From: Clostridiales bacterium Firm_14 | GTDB lineage: Bacteria; Bacillota; Clostridia; Saccharofermentanales; Saccharofermentanaceae | NCBI GenBank assembly: GCA_001604135.1 | Contig: LVAT01000013.1 | Span: 260,896-324,895, forward strand | DNA length: 64,000 nt | Reading direction: 5' to 3' | Part shown: positions 49,948-58,763 of the stretch, piece by piece | Layout: the number at the start of each line of letters is the position of its first letter | How positions within the stretch are numbered: the stretch's first letter is position 1 | Notes under the pieces: generated by a model | The model's input: the letters and a program-made list of their open reading frames with translations, nothing else | Databases searched by the model: none | What the model was told of the DNA's origin: nothing | Translations under genes and position numbers: made by a program

Positions 49948-50832
49948 TTACAAATTTCGCAGTATCAAATCACTCAAACGCTTTTCGTTCCCTTCACCGA
50001 CAAAACTATTGTGTGGCGTAATAACAACATTTTCCATATCCCATAGCGGGCTATCTTTATATAAAGGTTCATCTTCGAAAACATCCAAAACAGCACTTAT
50101 TCGACCTGTTTTCAGTTCCTTAATTAGGCTGTCTGTATCGAAAACTGCGCCTCGAGAAATATTAACTACTACAGCATTATTTGGAAGAACTGACAGTATC
50201 TCACCGTTAATCATATGCCTTGTTTCTTCTGTTAATGGTAATGTTACGATAACTATATCTGAATTTATAATCTTATTCTTCAACTTGTCAGTATTACTTA
50301 TATGGATAAAGCCAAAACGATTTCTTACAAATGGATCAATACCATAAACATAGCATCCCATCGAACTAAATCTGGTTGCGCATTCGCTTCCAACAGAACC
50401 ACACCCAATAATACATACTTTTTTTCCATTCAATTCTCTCAGATCTCTTATTTTTTCCCATAAATGGTTACTCTGATTTTGGGTGAACTTGCTCATATTT
50501 TTATATATGAACAATACACCTGTAAGAGCGTATTCAGCCATTGGAACACTGTAAACACCACGCGCATTGTAAATCTCAATATCATGTTCCTTAACATAAT
50601 CCATAGGCACCCTATCAAACCCAGCAGATGTAAGCTGAATCATCCGAAGATTGGTGAATTGCTCTATTGGATGGAAAAGAAATATACCATTACCAACAAT
50701 TCCCTCAACCCAATCAGGAGAACAAGGTAATTCTTCTTTCTCATACTTGAGATACAAGACTGAGTGATTCTTTGCTAACTCAGGAATATAATCCTCTGCC
50801 CGTGACCAAGCTCCAGTTATTAACAAATTCAT
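49948..50832 (-). CDS. D-isomer-specific 2-hydroxyacid dehydrogenase family (phosphoglycerate-dehydrogenase-like)
   Basis: KKVCIIGCGSVGSECA (NAD fold), LPLTEETRHMI, NISRGAVFD, VLDVFEDEPL and ITPHNS. Confidence 0.8.
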   Translation of the reverse strand: MNLLITGAWSRAEDYIPELAKNHSVLYLKYEKEELPCSPDWVEGIVGNGIFLFHPIEQFTNLRMIQLTSAGFDRVPMDYVKEHDIEIYNARGVYSVPMAEYALTGVLFIYKNMSKFTQNQSNHLWEKIRDLRELNGKKVCIIGCGSVGSECATRFSSMGCYVYGIDPFVRNRFGFIHISNTDKLKNKIINSDIVIVTLPLTEETRHMINGEILSVLPNNAVVVNISRGAVFDTDSLIKELKTGRISAVLDVFEDEPLYKDSPLWDMENVVITPHNSFVGEGNEKRLSDLILRNL

Positions 50833-50898
50833 TCTTTTCTCCTTAACAAGAGAAAGCTTTCTATAATTCTAAGAATATACATATAATACAAGCAAGCA

Positions 50899-51513
50899 TT
50901 AATTTTCTTTTACAGTCTTGCCGCTATTCTCATTATCTGCATTTATAGCAACTTTAAAAATAGTCATGAAAAAAATCTTCATATCAAGCAGGAATGAAAC
51001 ATGATCAACATACCATACATTTAACTCAATTCTCTTGTGCCACTCAACCTCTTTGCGACCATTAACTTGAGCCCATCCTGTTATTCCGGGTCTAACTTCA
51101 AACATTCTTCTTTGTTCAAAAGTATATGAATCGATAGGCCAGGGATGATATGTTAATGGTGGACGCGGTCCAATAAGACTCATATCTCCTTTTAACATAT
51201 TAATTGCTTGTGGAAGTTCGTCTATTGACGTTGCTCTGATAATACGACCAATCTTGGTTACTCGTGCATCACCCTTTCCACTATAAACACCTGACCCAGT
51301 GTGTTCGGCATTTTGTACCATAGATCGAAATTTATATATATTGAACTCTTTACCATTCAAACCAAGCCTTCGTTGTTTGAAAATTACCGGTCCAGGAGAA
51401 GATATTTTGATTGCTATAGCTGTTATTAAAAGAAGCGGTGACAAAATAATTAAAACAAGCAATGAAATAATAATATCAAGCAAACGTTTTACATATTTAT
51501 TATACAACGTCAT
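50899..51513 (-). CDS. Small monotopic phosphoglycosyl transferase (PglC/WcaJ C-terminal-domain type priming sugar transferase)
   Basis: KRLLDIIISLLVLIILSPLLLITAIAIKISSPGPVIFKQRRLGLNGKEFNIYKFRSM ... DELPQ ... GPRPP. Confidence 0.9.
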   Translation of the reverse strand: MTLYNKYVKRLLDIIISLLVLIILSPLLLITAIAIKISSPGPVIFKQRRLGLNGKEFNIYKFRSMVQNAEHTGSGVYSGKGDARVTKIGRIIRATSIDELPQAINMLKGDMSLIGPRPPLTYHPWPIDSYTFEQRRMFEVRPGITGWAQVNGRKEVEWHKRIELNVWYVDHVSFLLDMKIFFMTIFKVAINADNENSGKTVKEN

Positions 51514-51594
51514 TCCTCCATTATATGTATTTCTTTAATTGTCTCTAAGATAATTCTTCCGACGCACATTTAAACTCATGGAAAAACAAAAGCA

Positions 51595-52431
51595 TCAAAT
51601 CGAATTTCTACGTTGAACTATTTGATTAATAATCTCATTAACTACACGCTGATTATTTTTATAATCTTCTTCTGAATAATTAATTATTGAAGCTTCAAAA
51701 GCTCTGATTCTATTTAATTCATAACTAAATTGATATTCCATATTTTCTAAATCATAATCATTATCAGAATTGAAGAAACTTCTAGAAAGAATTGCTCGAC
51801 TTGAACCTAAGCGGTAATGTTCAACGATAACCTTTTCAGCCGGAAGTTCTCCACAGCCTAAACGAGCAATACCACCAAACCCATACGGAATTTCGTATTT
51901 TTTAATCTTGTTACATAGATTCTCGACAGTACCATTAGTAAGTAATTCAAACATAAATGACATACCATATGAAAGATGAAGATCATTTAATCCAATATGA
52001 ATCTCATCAAAACCGCCATTTTCTAAAACCTGATCGATACAATTAACAGCCTCTTTTGTTTCTAATAAGAGTGTCGTTTTACATCTGCCATTAACGGCAT
52101 TAATAAACTTATTAACCTCGTCTGGAGTCTTCCAAAATGGAAGCATAATAATATCTGCACCAGCTTTAACTACATCATCAATCTCTTTAATCGAACCATA
52201 ATACCAAGAATTAACCCTTACCAACATTTCAGATTTTGTAAGTAAAGGCTTAATTCTCGTAATATCTGAAATTGAATGCTTTGATTTAACAGTATCTAAG
52301 TTCTTCTGTCTTAAGTCTTTACCTAAAACCTCAAGATCAACCCAAACTCTATCAACACCATATTTATCAGCAATAAGGGCAACTTCAGGTCTATTGGTAA
52401 TATAAAAAAGTTTAAGATGAGTCTCAGTCAT
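51595..52431 (-). CDS. HpcH/HpaI aldolase / citrate-lyase-beta-like TIM-barrel protein (tentative)
   Basis: The pattern VWVDLE ... LVRVN ... VVKAGADIIMLPFWKTPDEV ... LLLETKEAV ... IHIGLNDL resembles that family. This was not verified by search. Confidence 0.45.
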   Translation of the reverse strand: MTETHLKLFYITNRPEVALIADKYGVDRVWVDLEVLGKDLRQKNLDTVKSKHSISDITRIKPLLTKSEMLVRVNSWYYGSIKEIDDVVKAGADIIMLPFWKTPDEVNKFINAVNGRCKTTLLLETKEAVNCIDQVLENGGFDEIHIGLNDLHLSYGMSFMFELLTNGTVENLCNKIKKYEIPYGFGGIARLGCGELPAEKVIVEHYRLGSSRAILSRSFFNSDNDYDLENMEYQFSYELNRIRAFEASIINYSEEDYKNNQRVVNEIINQIVQRRNSI

Positions 52432-52512
52432 AAATTAAAAAATTAAATGTAGCTGTTTATACGTCGATTCTTAATTCTATCGTATCTTTTTAGTTCTAAG
52501 TTAACCTTCAAA

Positions 52513-54435
52513 TTAAATAAATGTACACGGATGATACGTCGGCACAATATCCTTTACGTATTCCCTGATATTCTCATCGTCTTCCTGGCTGTCGTCATCG
52601 AGCTTGGAGAGCTTTTTCTTGAACTCTTCGTCGTCCATTTCGATGGGCTTGCCGATAAAGATGAGCTTGTTTTTAGTAGTCTTCATGCCTTCTTCAGCCA
52701 TGAGTTTTTCTTCGTAGAGCTTCTCACCCGGTCTTAAGCCCGTGTATTCGATCTTGATATCTACATCAGGTCTTAAGCCTGAGAGCTTAATGAGGTTTCT
52801 GGCCATGTCATCGATCTTGACCGGTTCACCCATATCAAGGACGAAGATCTCTCCGCCCCAGGCATAATAAGATGCCTGAAGGACAAGAGATACAGCTTCA
52901 GGTATCGTCATGAAGAATCTTGTTATGTTCTTATCGGTAACTGTAACAGGACCGCCTTCTGCAATCTGCTTCTTGAACAGAGGGATAACAGAACCGTTGG
53001 AACCTAATACGTTACCGAATCTTACGGCTACAAAGGTTGTATCAGGATACGATCTTTCCATCATCTGGATGACCATCTCACAGATACGCTTTGTGGCACC
53101 CATGATGTTTGTCGGGTTAACCGCTTTATCAGTAGAGATAAGGACAAACTTCTTAACACCTGCTTCAGCTGCAGCCTTAGCAGTCTTATATGTGCCCATT
53201 ACGTTATTCTTGATAGCCTCGTTCGGACTGTCTTCCATAAGAGGGACATGCTTATGTGCAGCAGCGTGGAATACGATATCAGGCTTATACTTCTGCATTA
53301 CAGAATTGATCCTGTGTGTATTTCTTACTGAGCCGATGAGAGTAACCAGATCAAGCTTATATTTATATTTACGGAAAAGTTCCTGCTGGATCTCATAAGC
53401 ATTATTCTCATAGATATCGAATATTATGAGCTGCTTAGGATCATGAGAAGCGATCTGACGGCAAAGCTCTGAGCCGATTGAACCGCCGCCGCCGGTAACC
53501 AGGATGGTCTTGCCGGTGATCATGTTGAACACTTCGCAGTTATCTACAGTAATGGGATCTCTGCCGAGAAGGTCAACAAGCTCTACTTCCTTTATCTGGG
53601 AGACGCTGACCTGACCGTTGGCAAGCTGGTCGATACCCGGAATAGTCCTGAGCTTGCAGCCGGTCTCTTTGGCAATGTCTAAGTATTCCTTTTTAACGAT
53701 TCCGGATACGGAAGGAATAGCATAGATGATAGTATCTACATCGTATTCGGCAGCCTTAGTGATAAGGTCATCTTTGCCGCCTACGATCGGAACGCCATAA
53801 AGGGATCTTCCCCATTTTGCAGGGTTATCATCGATTATACATACGGGGACTTGGTTAGCATCAGGATAATTCTTGAGTTCCTTGATAAGGACGCTGCCGG
53901 AATTACCGGCACCCAGGATCATTACATTATGAGTCTTCTTGCTGTCTGAATTCCTGATGGTCTCTGTAGTTTTAACGAATCTTCTTAAGATCCTGTAAGA
54001 GAACCTGATAACGACATGCAGGAATAAAGCTGTAAGTGTACCAAATACATAGAATGTAAATGGCATCCTCATATGGAGTATCCATGAGGACAAAACGAAT
54101 ATGGGAGATAATATAAGATAAGCTTCGATTATCCTGATCGCTTCTTCAAGTGAGAAATACGACCAGATACTGTGATACAGACGAAGTCCATAGAAGACTA
54201 CAAAGGTGAATAAACACCAAAGAGGCACAAGATAGCACATCCATTCAAGATACATCGGATCTATATCTTTGAACCGGAAGTCATATCGGATGTAGAGAGC
54301 CATAAAGAAGGCAAAGCACGTTGCTAATATGTCACAAAAAAATATGATCAGTGCTCTGCTGATCCATGACTTATAATTCAGGTTGTACTTGTGCTCCTTT
54401 TTGCAATCATCATTTTGGGTAGTAACATTATCCAT
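52513..54435 (-). CDS. capD: CapD/PglF/WbpM-type membrane-bound nucleotide-sugar 4,6-dehydratase/epimerase
   Basis: Four N-terminal TM segments, then ILGAGNSGSVLIKEL and VTGGGGSIGSELCRQ ... HAAAHKHVPLME ... STDKAVNPTNIMGATKR. Confidence 0.9.
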   Translation of the reverse strand: MDNVTTQNDDCKKEHKYNLNYKSWISRALIIFFCDILATCFAFFMALYIRYDFRFKDIDPMYLEWMCYLVPLWCLFTFVVFYGLRLYHSIWSYFSLEEAIRIIEAYLILSPIFVLSSWILHMRMPFTFYVFGTLTALFLHVVIRFSYRILRRFVKTTETIRNSDSKKTHNVMILGAGNSGSVLIKELKNYPDANQVPVCIIDDNPAKWGRSLYGVPIVGGKDDLITKAAEYDVDTIIYAIPSVSGIVKKEYLDIAKETGCKLRTIPGIDQLANGQVSVSQIKEVELVDLLGRDPITVDNCEVFNMITGKTILVTGGGGSIGSELCRQIASHDPKQLIIFDIYENNAYEIQQELFRKYKYKLDLVTLIGSVRNTHRINSVMQKYKPDIVFHAAAHKHVPLMEDSPNEAIKNNVMGTYKTAKAAAEAGVKKFVLISTDKAVNPTNIMGATKRICEMVIQMMERSYPDTTFVAVRFGNVLGSNGSVIPLFKKQIAEGGPVTVTDKNITRFFMTIPEAVSLVLQASYYAWGGEIFVLDMGEPVKIDDMARNLIKLSGLRPDVDIKIEYTGLRPGEKLYEEKLMAEEGMKTTKNKLIFIGKPIEMDDEEFKKKLSKLDDDSQEDDENIREYVKDIVPTYHPCTFI

Positions 54436-54592
54436 AACCCTCTTTTCTAGGAAAGCGAAAAAAGTGAAAATTTGCAGGCTGCGCTATACGAAGTCTCCAG
54501 TTCTTCGCATAAATTCTGAAATCTGTGGCTTCCTGACGCGCGCAAAGGCGACGATCATTCAACCACAAAAAACCAAACTGCACGTTTGCAGC
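54436..54592 (-). ncRNA. Conserved 5' leader element, copy B (candidate structured regulatory RNA)
   Basis: Homologous to 35075-35223 (see copy A). Preceded by an extended -10, TGTTAAAAT (54608-54600). Ends at the capD ATG. Confidence 0.45.
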
Positions 54593-54702
54593 CCAAGATA
54601 TTTTAACATACTAATTAGGCAAAAGATTAAAAAAACGCTGATTATTTGACAGTTTAAAACGCACTACGCGAACAAATTTATGTCAATTTGATAATTAGCC
54701 GA

Positions 54703-55737
54703 TCAGCCTTCCGGATCGCCTGCTGCTTCATCATAGAAGAGGTCGATCACTTTACGCTCCAAGTCATCAGCATCAACATAATATTCACGGAACATTCTGC
54801 CTTCAACAGGGTTCTCGTCTAAGGTCTCTCCAATTGTCTTGATCGTACCAAGATCCTGATATTCTTTGAGCTGATTAGCAAAATCAGATAAGGCATTAGC
54901 CGACATATCACTGGTCATGTATTCAGATAATGACAATACCAGGCTTAAAGCAAACCCGGAATCAGCTTCCATCTTGGCATTTGCCTGCTCTTTCCATGCA
55001 TTTAAGAATATCTGCTGACGTTCCATACGGAATTCATTGGTATCATTCTCCAGGCTCATACGGGATCTGACAAATAGCTCAGCCTGTTTGCCCTGAAGCT
55101 TCATTTTCGCGCCTTCCTTAAATGCCGGATCTGCAGATTCAAGTCCTGCAGGAACGGTAACTGTTACTCCGCCGACCTGTTCATTCAATATGGAAATAGA
55201 TGACATCTTCAAAGAGATATAGTGATCTACCTGCACATTGAAGAGCAAACCTGAGACGGCATCTACAGTATTAAGACATCTTCCCTGCTCAGTCTTGCCA
55301 TATGAGTGCGCAAGGCATATCTGCGCTTGAGCTATCTGATCCTTAGTGCCGTCAGCAAAATAAGTCTGAATGCCTGTCATGGTCTCACGGTTAAGTTGGA
55401 TTGCCTTATAAGTCTTGTTCTTATGGTCAACAGCGAACACATATAAAACATCCGCCTGAGAATTATTAACTGAAGATTTGGAATTTTCGAGGTCTTCACG
55501 GTCATCGATACCCATTATGAGAATGACTTCCATATTATCCTTAAGCTGATAATTCTTGCCGTCAAAATATAATGTAGAAGCTTTATTTGTATGTTTGGAA
55601 TATGTGGTGGTATCCGTCTCATTTGTCGGTTTGCTGATCATTTTAGTGACAGCAAATACCGCACCTGCGAAAGCGCAAATGGTAACAATGAGTCCGATAA
55701 CCGTAATAACTGTGTCTTTTTTGATCGTCTTAGCCAT
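54703..55737 (-). CDS. cpsA: LytR-CpsA-Psr (LCP) family glycopolymer ligase
   Basis: N-terminal TM segment (VITVIGLIVTICAFAGAVFAV), then ILIMGIDDRED...SQADVLYVFAVDHKNKTYKAIQLNRETM. The ATG at 55737 is preferred because the track's TTG start (55767) lies inside the terminator hairpin. Confidence 0.85.
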   Translation of the reverse strand: MAKTIKKDTVITVIGLIVTICAFAGAVFAVTKMISKPTNETDTTTYSKHTNKASTLYFDGKNYQLKDNMEVILIMGIDDREDLENSKSSVNNSQADVLYVFAVDHKNKTYKAIQLNRETMTGIQTYFADGTKDQIAQAQICLAHSYGKTEQGRCLNTVDAVSGLLFNVQVDHYISLKMSSISILNEQVGGVTVTVPAGLESADPAFKEGAKMKLQGKQAELFVRSRMSLENDTNEFRMERQQIFLNAWKEQANAKMEADSGFALSLVLSLSEYMTSDMSANALSDFANQLKEYQDLGTIKTIGETLDENPVEGRMFREYYVDADDLERKVIDLFYDEAAGDPEG

Positions 55738-55748
55738 ATCCGTATTAT

Positions 55749-55779
55749 ATAAAAACGGCGGCTTCAATTGAAGTCGCCG
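55749..55779 (-). terminator. Intrinsic terminator between the sortase substrate gene and the LCP gene
   Basis: Minus strand: CGGCGACUUC-AAUU-GAAGCCGCCG (9 bp plus one A/C mismatch), followed by UUUUUAU. Confidence 0.6.
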
Positions 55780-55803
55780 TTAAAATCTCAATTACTTAAC
55801 TAA

Positions 55804-56394
55804 TTACTTAGTAGCCTTCTTAGCACGTACTGCGAAGATTGCACCGCAGGAGATAAGAGCTACAGAGATCATAGCGATATATGCAGGAGCGAAATCACCT
55901 GTTTGAGGAGATGTGGACTTAGCACCAACATATACATAGAAAGGTGAGAAGTTATTGATACCGGAAATCTTAACTTCAGAGCAAGGACCGGTAACAATGT
56001 TGAACTGATATCCGCCAGCATCACGGTGAATAACGATAGCATACTCATTAGCTGCTAAAGCTACAGTAAAATATACTGTATGTGAATTATGAGTAGAAAT
56101 ATTATAAGTAGAATATGTAGCAGGATCCTGATATACCTCATATCCGACCTTAAACTTGAAATCTGAAGCCTTAAGACCCTTTGCCTCAATATCAGCTTTA
56201 AGACCAGGAATTGTAGTAAGGTCTAAACCGGGATCTGAGATCGGATCACCCTTAAAATTCAAGCTCTGATCAATATTATCTCTGTCAAAAACCTTCCAAA
56301 CACCTGTTGCCGGGCTTGCTGCCATTACAGAAATACCTAACAAAGCAACAATAACTGCTACGATAGGTAAAGCAAACAGTCTCTTCTTATTCAT
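55804..56394 (-). CDS. Small surface protein with a C-terminal SPQTG cell-wall sorting signal (predicted SrtB substrate)
   Basis: Signal peptide MNKKRLFALPIVAVIVALLGISVMAA. The C-terminus has SPQTG (55911-55897), a hydrophobic stretch FAPAYIAMISVALISCGAIFAV and a basic tail RAKKATK. Confidence 0.65.
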   Translation of the reverse strand: MNKKRLFALPIVAVIVALLGISVMAASPATGVWKVFDRDNIDQSLNFKGDPISDPGLDLTTIPGLKADIEAKGLKASDFKFKVGYEVYQDPATYSTYNISTHNSHTVYFTVALAANEYAIVIHRDAGGYQFNIVTGPCSEVKISGINNFSPFYVYVGAKSTSPQTGDFAPAYIAMISVALISCGAIFAVRAKKATK

Positions 56395-56472
56395 CGGTCA
56401 AATCCTCCTTGATTCGAACATTGTTGTACCAATATCAAACTCAATAATTATTGATAATACCATAAAGATTTT

Positions 56473-57282
56473 TTAAGTCAACTCTTTAGCTATTACCAAA
56501 AATCTTTTCGTTCGGTCTGTTCTGAGGCAAGCAGAGAGTATCAATACATTATCCCCGTACTGAGGTTTCTCTCCTTCAACAAGTTGTACGCCCTTTCCTG
56601 ATTGCTTGTACGCGTTATTGAAGAACTTATCCCAATCAGACTTTTTACTAAAGTTATTATAATGCAATATGTGCGTATTATTATGACAAATTGTTGCGAC
56701 TATATGATAAATCTTTGTCGAATTTGGCAAATAGATTACGATATACTGCGGATCAGCACTGATATCGATCTCATTGATCGTAGTCTCGAGGTTGCCGAAC
56801 ATCGCTCCGTCGCTCTGCCTGTGACCGTAGATCATGGTAACCGGATCATTAAAAGGATCCTTGTTATATGTATATTCTACGAACAGAGAACCGTTCTTCG
56901 CATACGCTCCTGTCGCATCATGTGACAGATAGAATGCGTCATTGCCCTTCTTCATCAGGATCGGCTGGCTTACATAAGGTGAAGTCATATAGAACCATCC
57001 GATGATGTCGGAATTCGTCTTCTTCAATTCATCGAAATTGACAGGATTCTTTATCTGGCCTTCCTTGTTCTCCATGTTGGGATCGATCGTTTCCGTAACT
57101 ATCACGGACGGTTCGATCTCGGAAGGCAGCGACGGATATGTGAACTGCTCGTAGGTCTGTACCGGAACTTCCTTCGGCGGAGCAAAATATCCGTTTGCCC
57201 AGAAGAAATAGAGCAGAAGTATTCCTCCTGATATGAACATAACAGCGCTCATTAACGTGTAAATGAGTCTTTTCTTGTTCAT
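56473..57282 (-). CDS. srtB: Class B sortase
   Basis: N-terminal TM anchor, then SDIIGWFYMTSPYVSQPILMKKGNDAFYLSHD, MIYGHRQSDGAMFGNL (His) and LILSACLRTDRTKRFLVIA (Cys, Arg). Confidence 0.85.
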   Translation of the reverse strand: MNKKRLIYTLMSAVMFISGGILLLYFFWANGYFAPPKEVPVQTYEQFTYPSLPSEIEPSVIVTETIDPNMENKEGQIKNPVNFDELKKTNSDIIGWFYMTSPYVSQPILMKKGNDAFYLSHDATGAYAKNGSLFVEYTYNKDPFNDPVTMIYGHRQSDGAMFGNLETTINEIDISADPQYIVIYLPNSTKIYHIVATICHNNTHILHYNNFSKKSDWDKFFNNAYKQSGKGVQLVEGEKPQYGDNVLILSACLRTDRTKRFLVIAKELT

Positions 57283-57301
57283 CTTAAGCTTCTCCTATCC
57301 T

Positions 57302-58000
57302 TCAAGTTGCAGCTGCGAAGATCTGTCGGCTTACCCGATATATATGATCCAGAGCTCCCTTTTTATCTTTCTTCTGCATTATCTGGACGGCATCTGCCAG
57401 ATTAGGTCTTCTGTGTTCCAAATTATGACTGTCTGACCCCAGGAGGTCGATTCTGCCTGTCTTCATCAGGTTCAACGCAGGTTTTGTTCTCTCTATGAAG
57501 AATTCCGCATTGCACTGGATAAGGAAATCAGGATTCTCCAGTATTCTGTTAACAAGTCTCCTGTCCTGGTCCAGATATCTCTCAATGTGAGCGATTATTA
57601 CACGAAGACCAAGAACATCAGATATCTCTTCTACTTCATCGATGAACTGTGGCTGCCAGTCACGGAAAGGCATCTCTAATAATATGTAATTACTATTACC
57701 TATACAGAGACTCTCGATCCCTTCTGCTCTGCTCATGCCTCTGAAGTAATGAACTTCAGAACCTGAGATGTACTTTGGCACCCTGGGCAGCAGGCTTAAG
57801 TTTGCTTCTAATTCCTGCAAAGCCCTTTCGCGCCTTCTAAGGAACGTCTCAGGAGAATTCATGTCGGCATAAAAATGCGGTGTGAATATTACTCCTTCAA
57901 CTCCCTGCCTGACCTCCATGTCCAGCATCTTAAGTGACATTTGGACATTCTTGCTGCCATCGTCAATGCCGGGAAGGATGTGACAGTGACAGTCAAACAT
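57302..58000 (-). CDS. cpsB: PHP-family protein-tyrosine phosphatase (CpsB/Wzh)
   Basis: MFDCHCHILPGIDDGS ... TPHFY ... AHIERY ... GSDSHN. Confidence 0.9.
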   Translation of the reverse strand: MFDCHCHILPGIDDGSKNVQMSLKMLDMEVRQGVEGVIFTPHFYADMNSPETFLRRRERALQELEANLSLLPRVPKYISGSEVHYFRGMSRAEGIESLCIGNSNYILLEMPFRDWQPQFIDEVEEISDVLGLRVIIAHIERYLDQDRRLVNRILENPDFLIQCNAEFFIERTKPALNLMKTGRIDLLGSDSHNLEHRRPNLADAVQIMQKKDKKGALDHIYRVSRQIFAAAT

Positions 58001-58761
58001 CAGGACTTGGTACTCTTCTTCTTCGGTGTTGAACCGTAGCCGTATGCATACTTGTTGCCGTAGCCGTACCTGTACTTCTTGCTCTTAGATCCGGAACCGT
58101 TATAAACGAAGCCCAAGACCTTAGCATCGACGAGTTCGCACTGTCTTAATGTATAGTCGAGTTCAGAAGCATTGGTATAGTCATTTCTTACAACGATTAC
58201 GAGACCGTCAGCACATCTGGATACAACGAGAGCATCTGATACCTTTCCGATAGGCGGAAGGTCCAAAAGGATAACATCGTAATTATCAGCCAGTGTATCG
58301 ATAAGGTTCGTAAATGCCTTGGAGCCCAAGAGCTCTGAAGGATTCGGCGGGATGTCACCTGCCTGTACAAAGTCTAATCCCTTGATCAGGACATCGCTGT
58401 GAAGTGTAGCCTTCTCGCTGTTGATGCCTGCAAGGATATTGGACAATCCCGTAGATCTGGGAAGATTGAGCTTCTTTCTCAATGTAGGAAGTCTCAAGTC
58501 GCATTCAACGAGGATAACCTTACGTCCGCTCTCCGCGATGGAGTAAGCAAGATTGATGACTGTAAGGGACTTGCCTTCGCCGTGTGTGGAACTTGTAATA
58601 CCGATAACTCTTGCATTACGGTCATTACGCTTTGTAGCGAACATCAGGTTTGTTCTTAAGAGATTATATGCCTCACGGCCTTCGAAATTCAGCCTTGAGC
58701 CGATGATGCTCATGCTGTTCTCATTACTTCTGGGTGCTGCAGCCTTTTTCTTATTAGCCAT
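58000..58761 (-). CDS. cpsD: BY-kinase cytoplasmic ATPase subunit (CpsD/Wze)
   Basis: Walker A TSSTHGEGKSLTVINLA, VLVECDLRLP and ILLDLPPIG, plus a C-terminal Tyr cluster KKYRYGYGNKYAYGYG. ATG at 58761 with GAGGTG 5 nt upstream. ATGA overlap with cpsB. Confidence 0.9.
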   Translation of the reverse strand: MANKKKAAAPRSNENSMSIIGSRLNFEGREAYNLLRTNLMFATKRNDRNARVIGITSSTHGEGKSLTVINLAYSIAESGRKVILVECDLRLPTLRKKLNLPRSTGLSNILAGINSEKATLHSDVLIKGLDFVQAGDIPPNPSELLGSKAFTNLIDTLADNYDVILLDLPPIGKVSDALVVSRCADGLVIVVRNDYTNASELDYTLRQCELVDAKVLGFVYNGSGSKSKKYRYGYGNKYAYGYGSTPKKKSTKS

Positions 58762-58763
58762 GA

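Noticed and set aside
55738-55767. The TTG start at 55767 for the LCP gene, which would add MKPPFLYNTD.
   Set aside because: That codon lies inside the terminator hairpin stem. The ATG at 55737 yields the canonical short cytoplasmic N-terminus plus TM segment.
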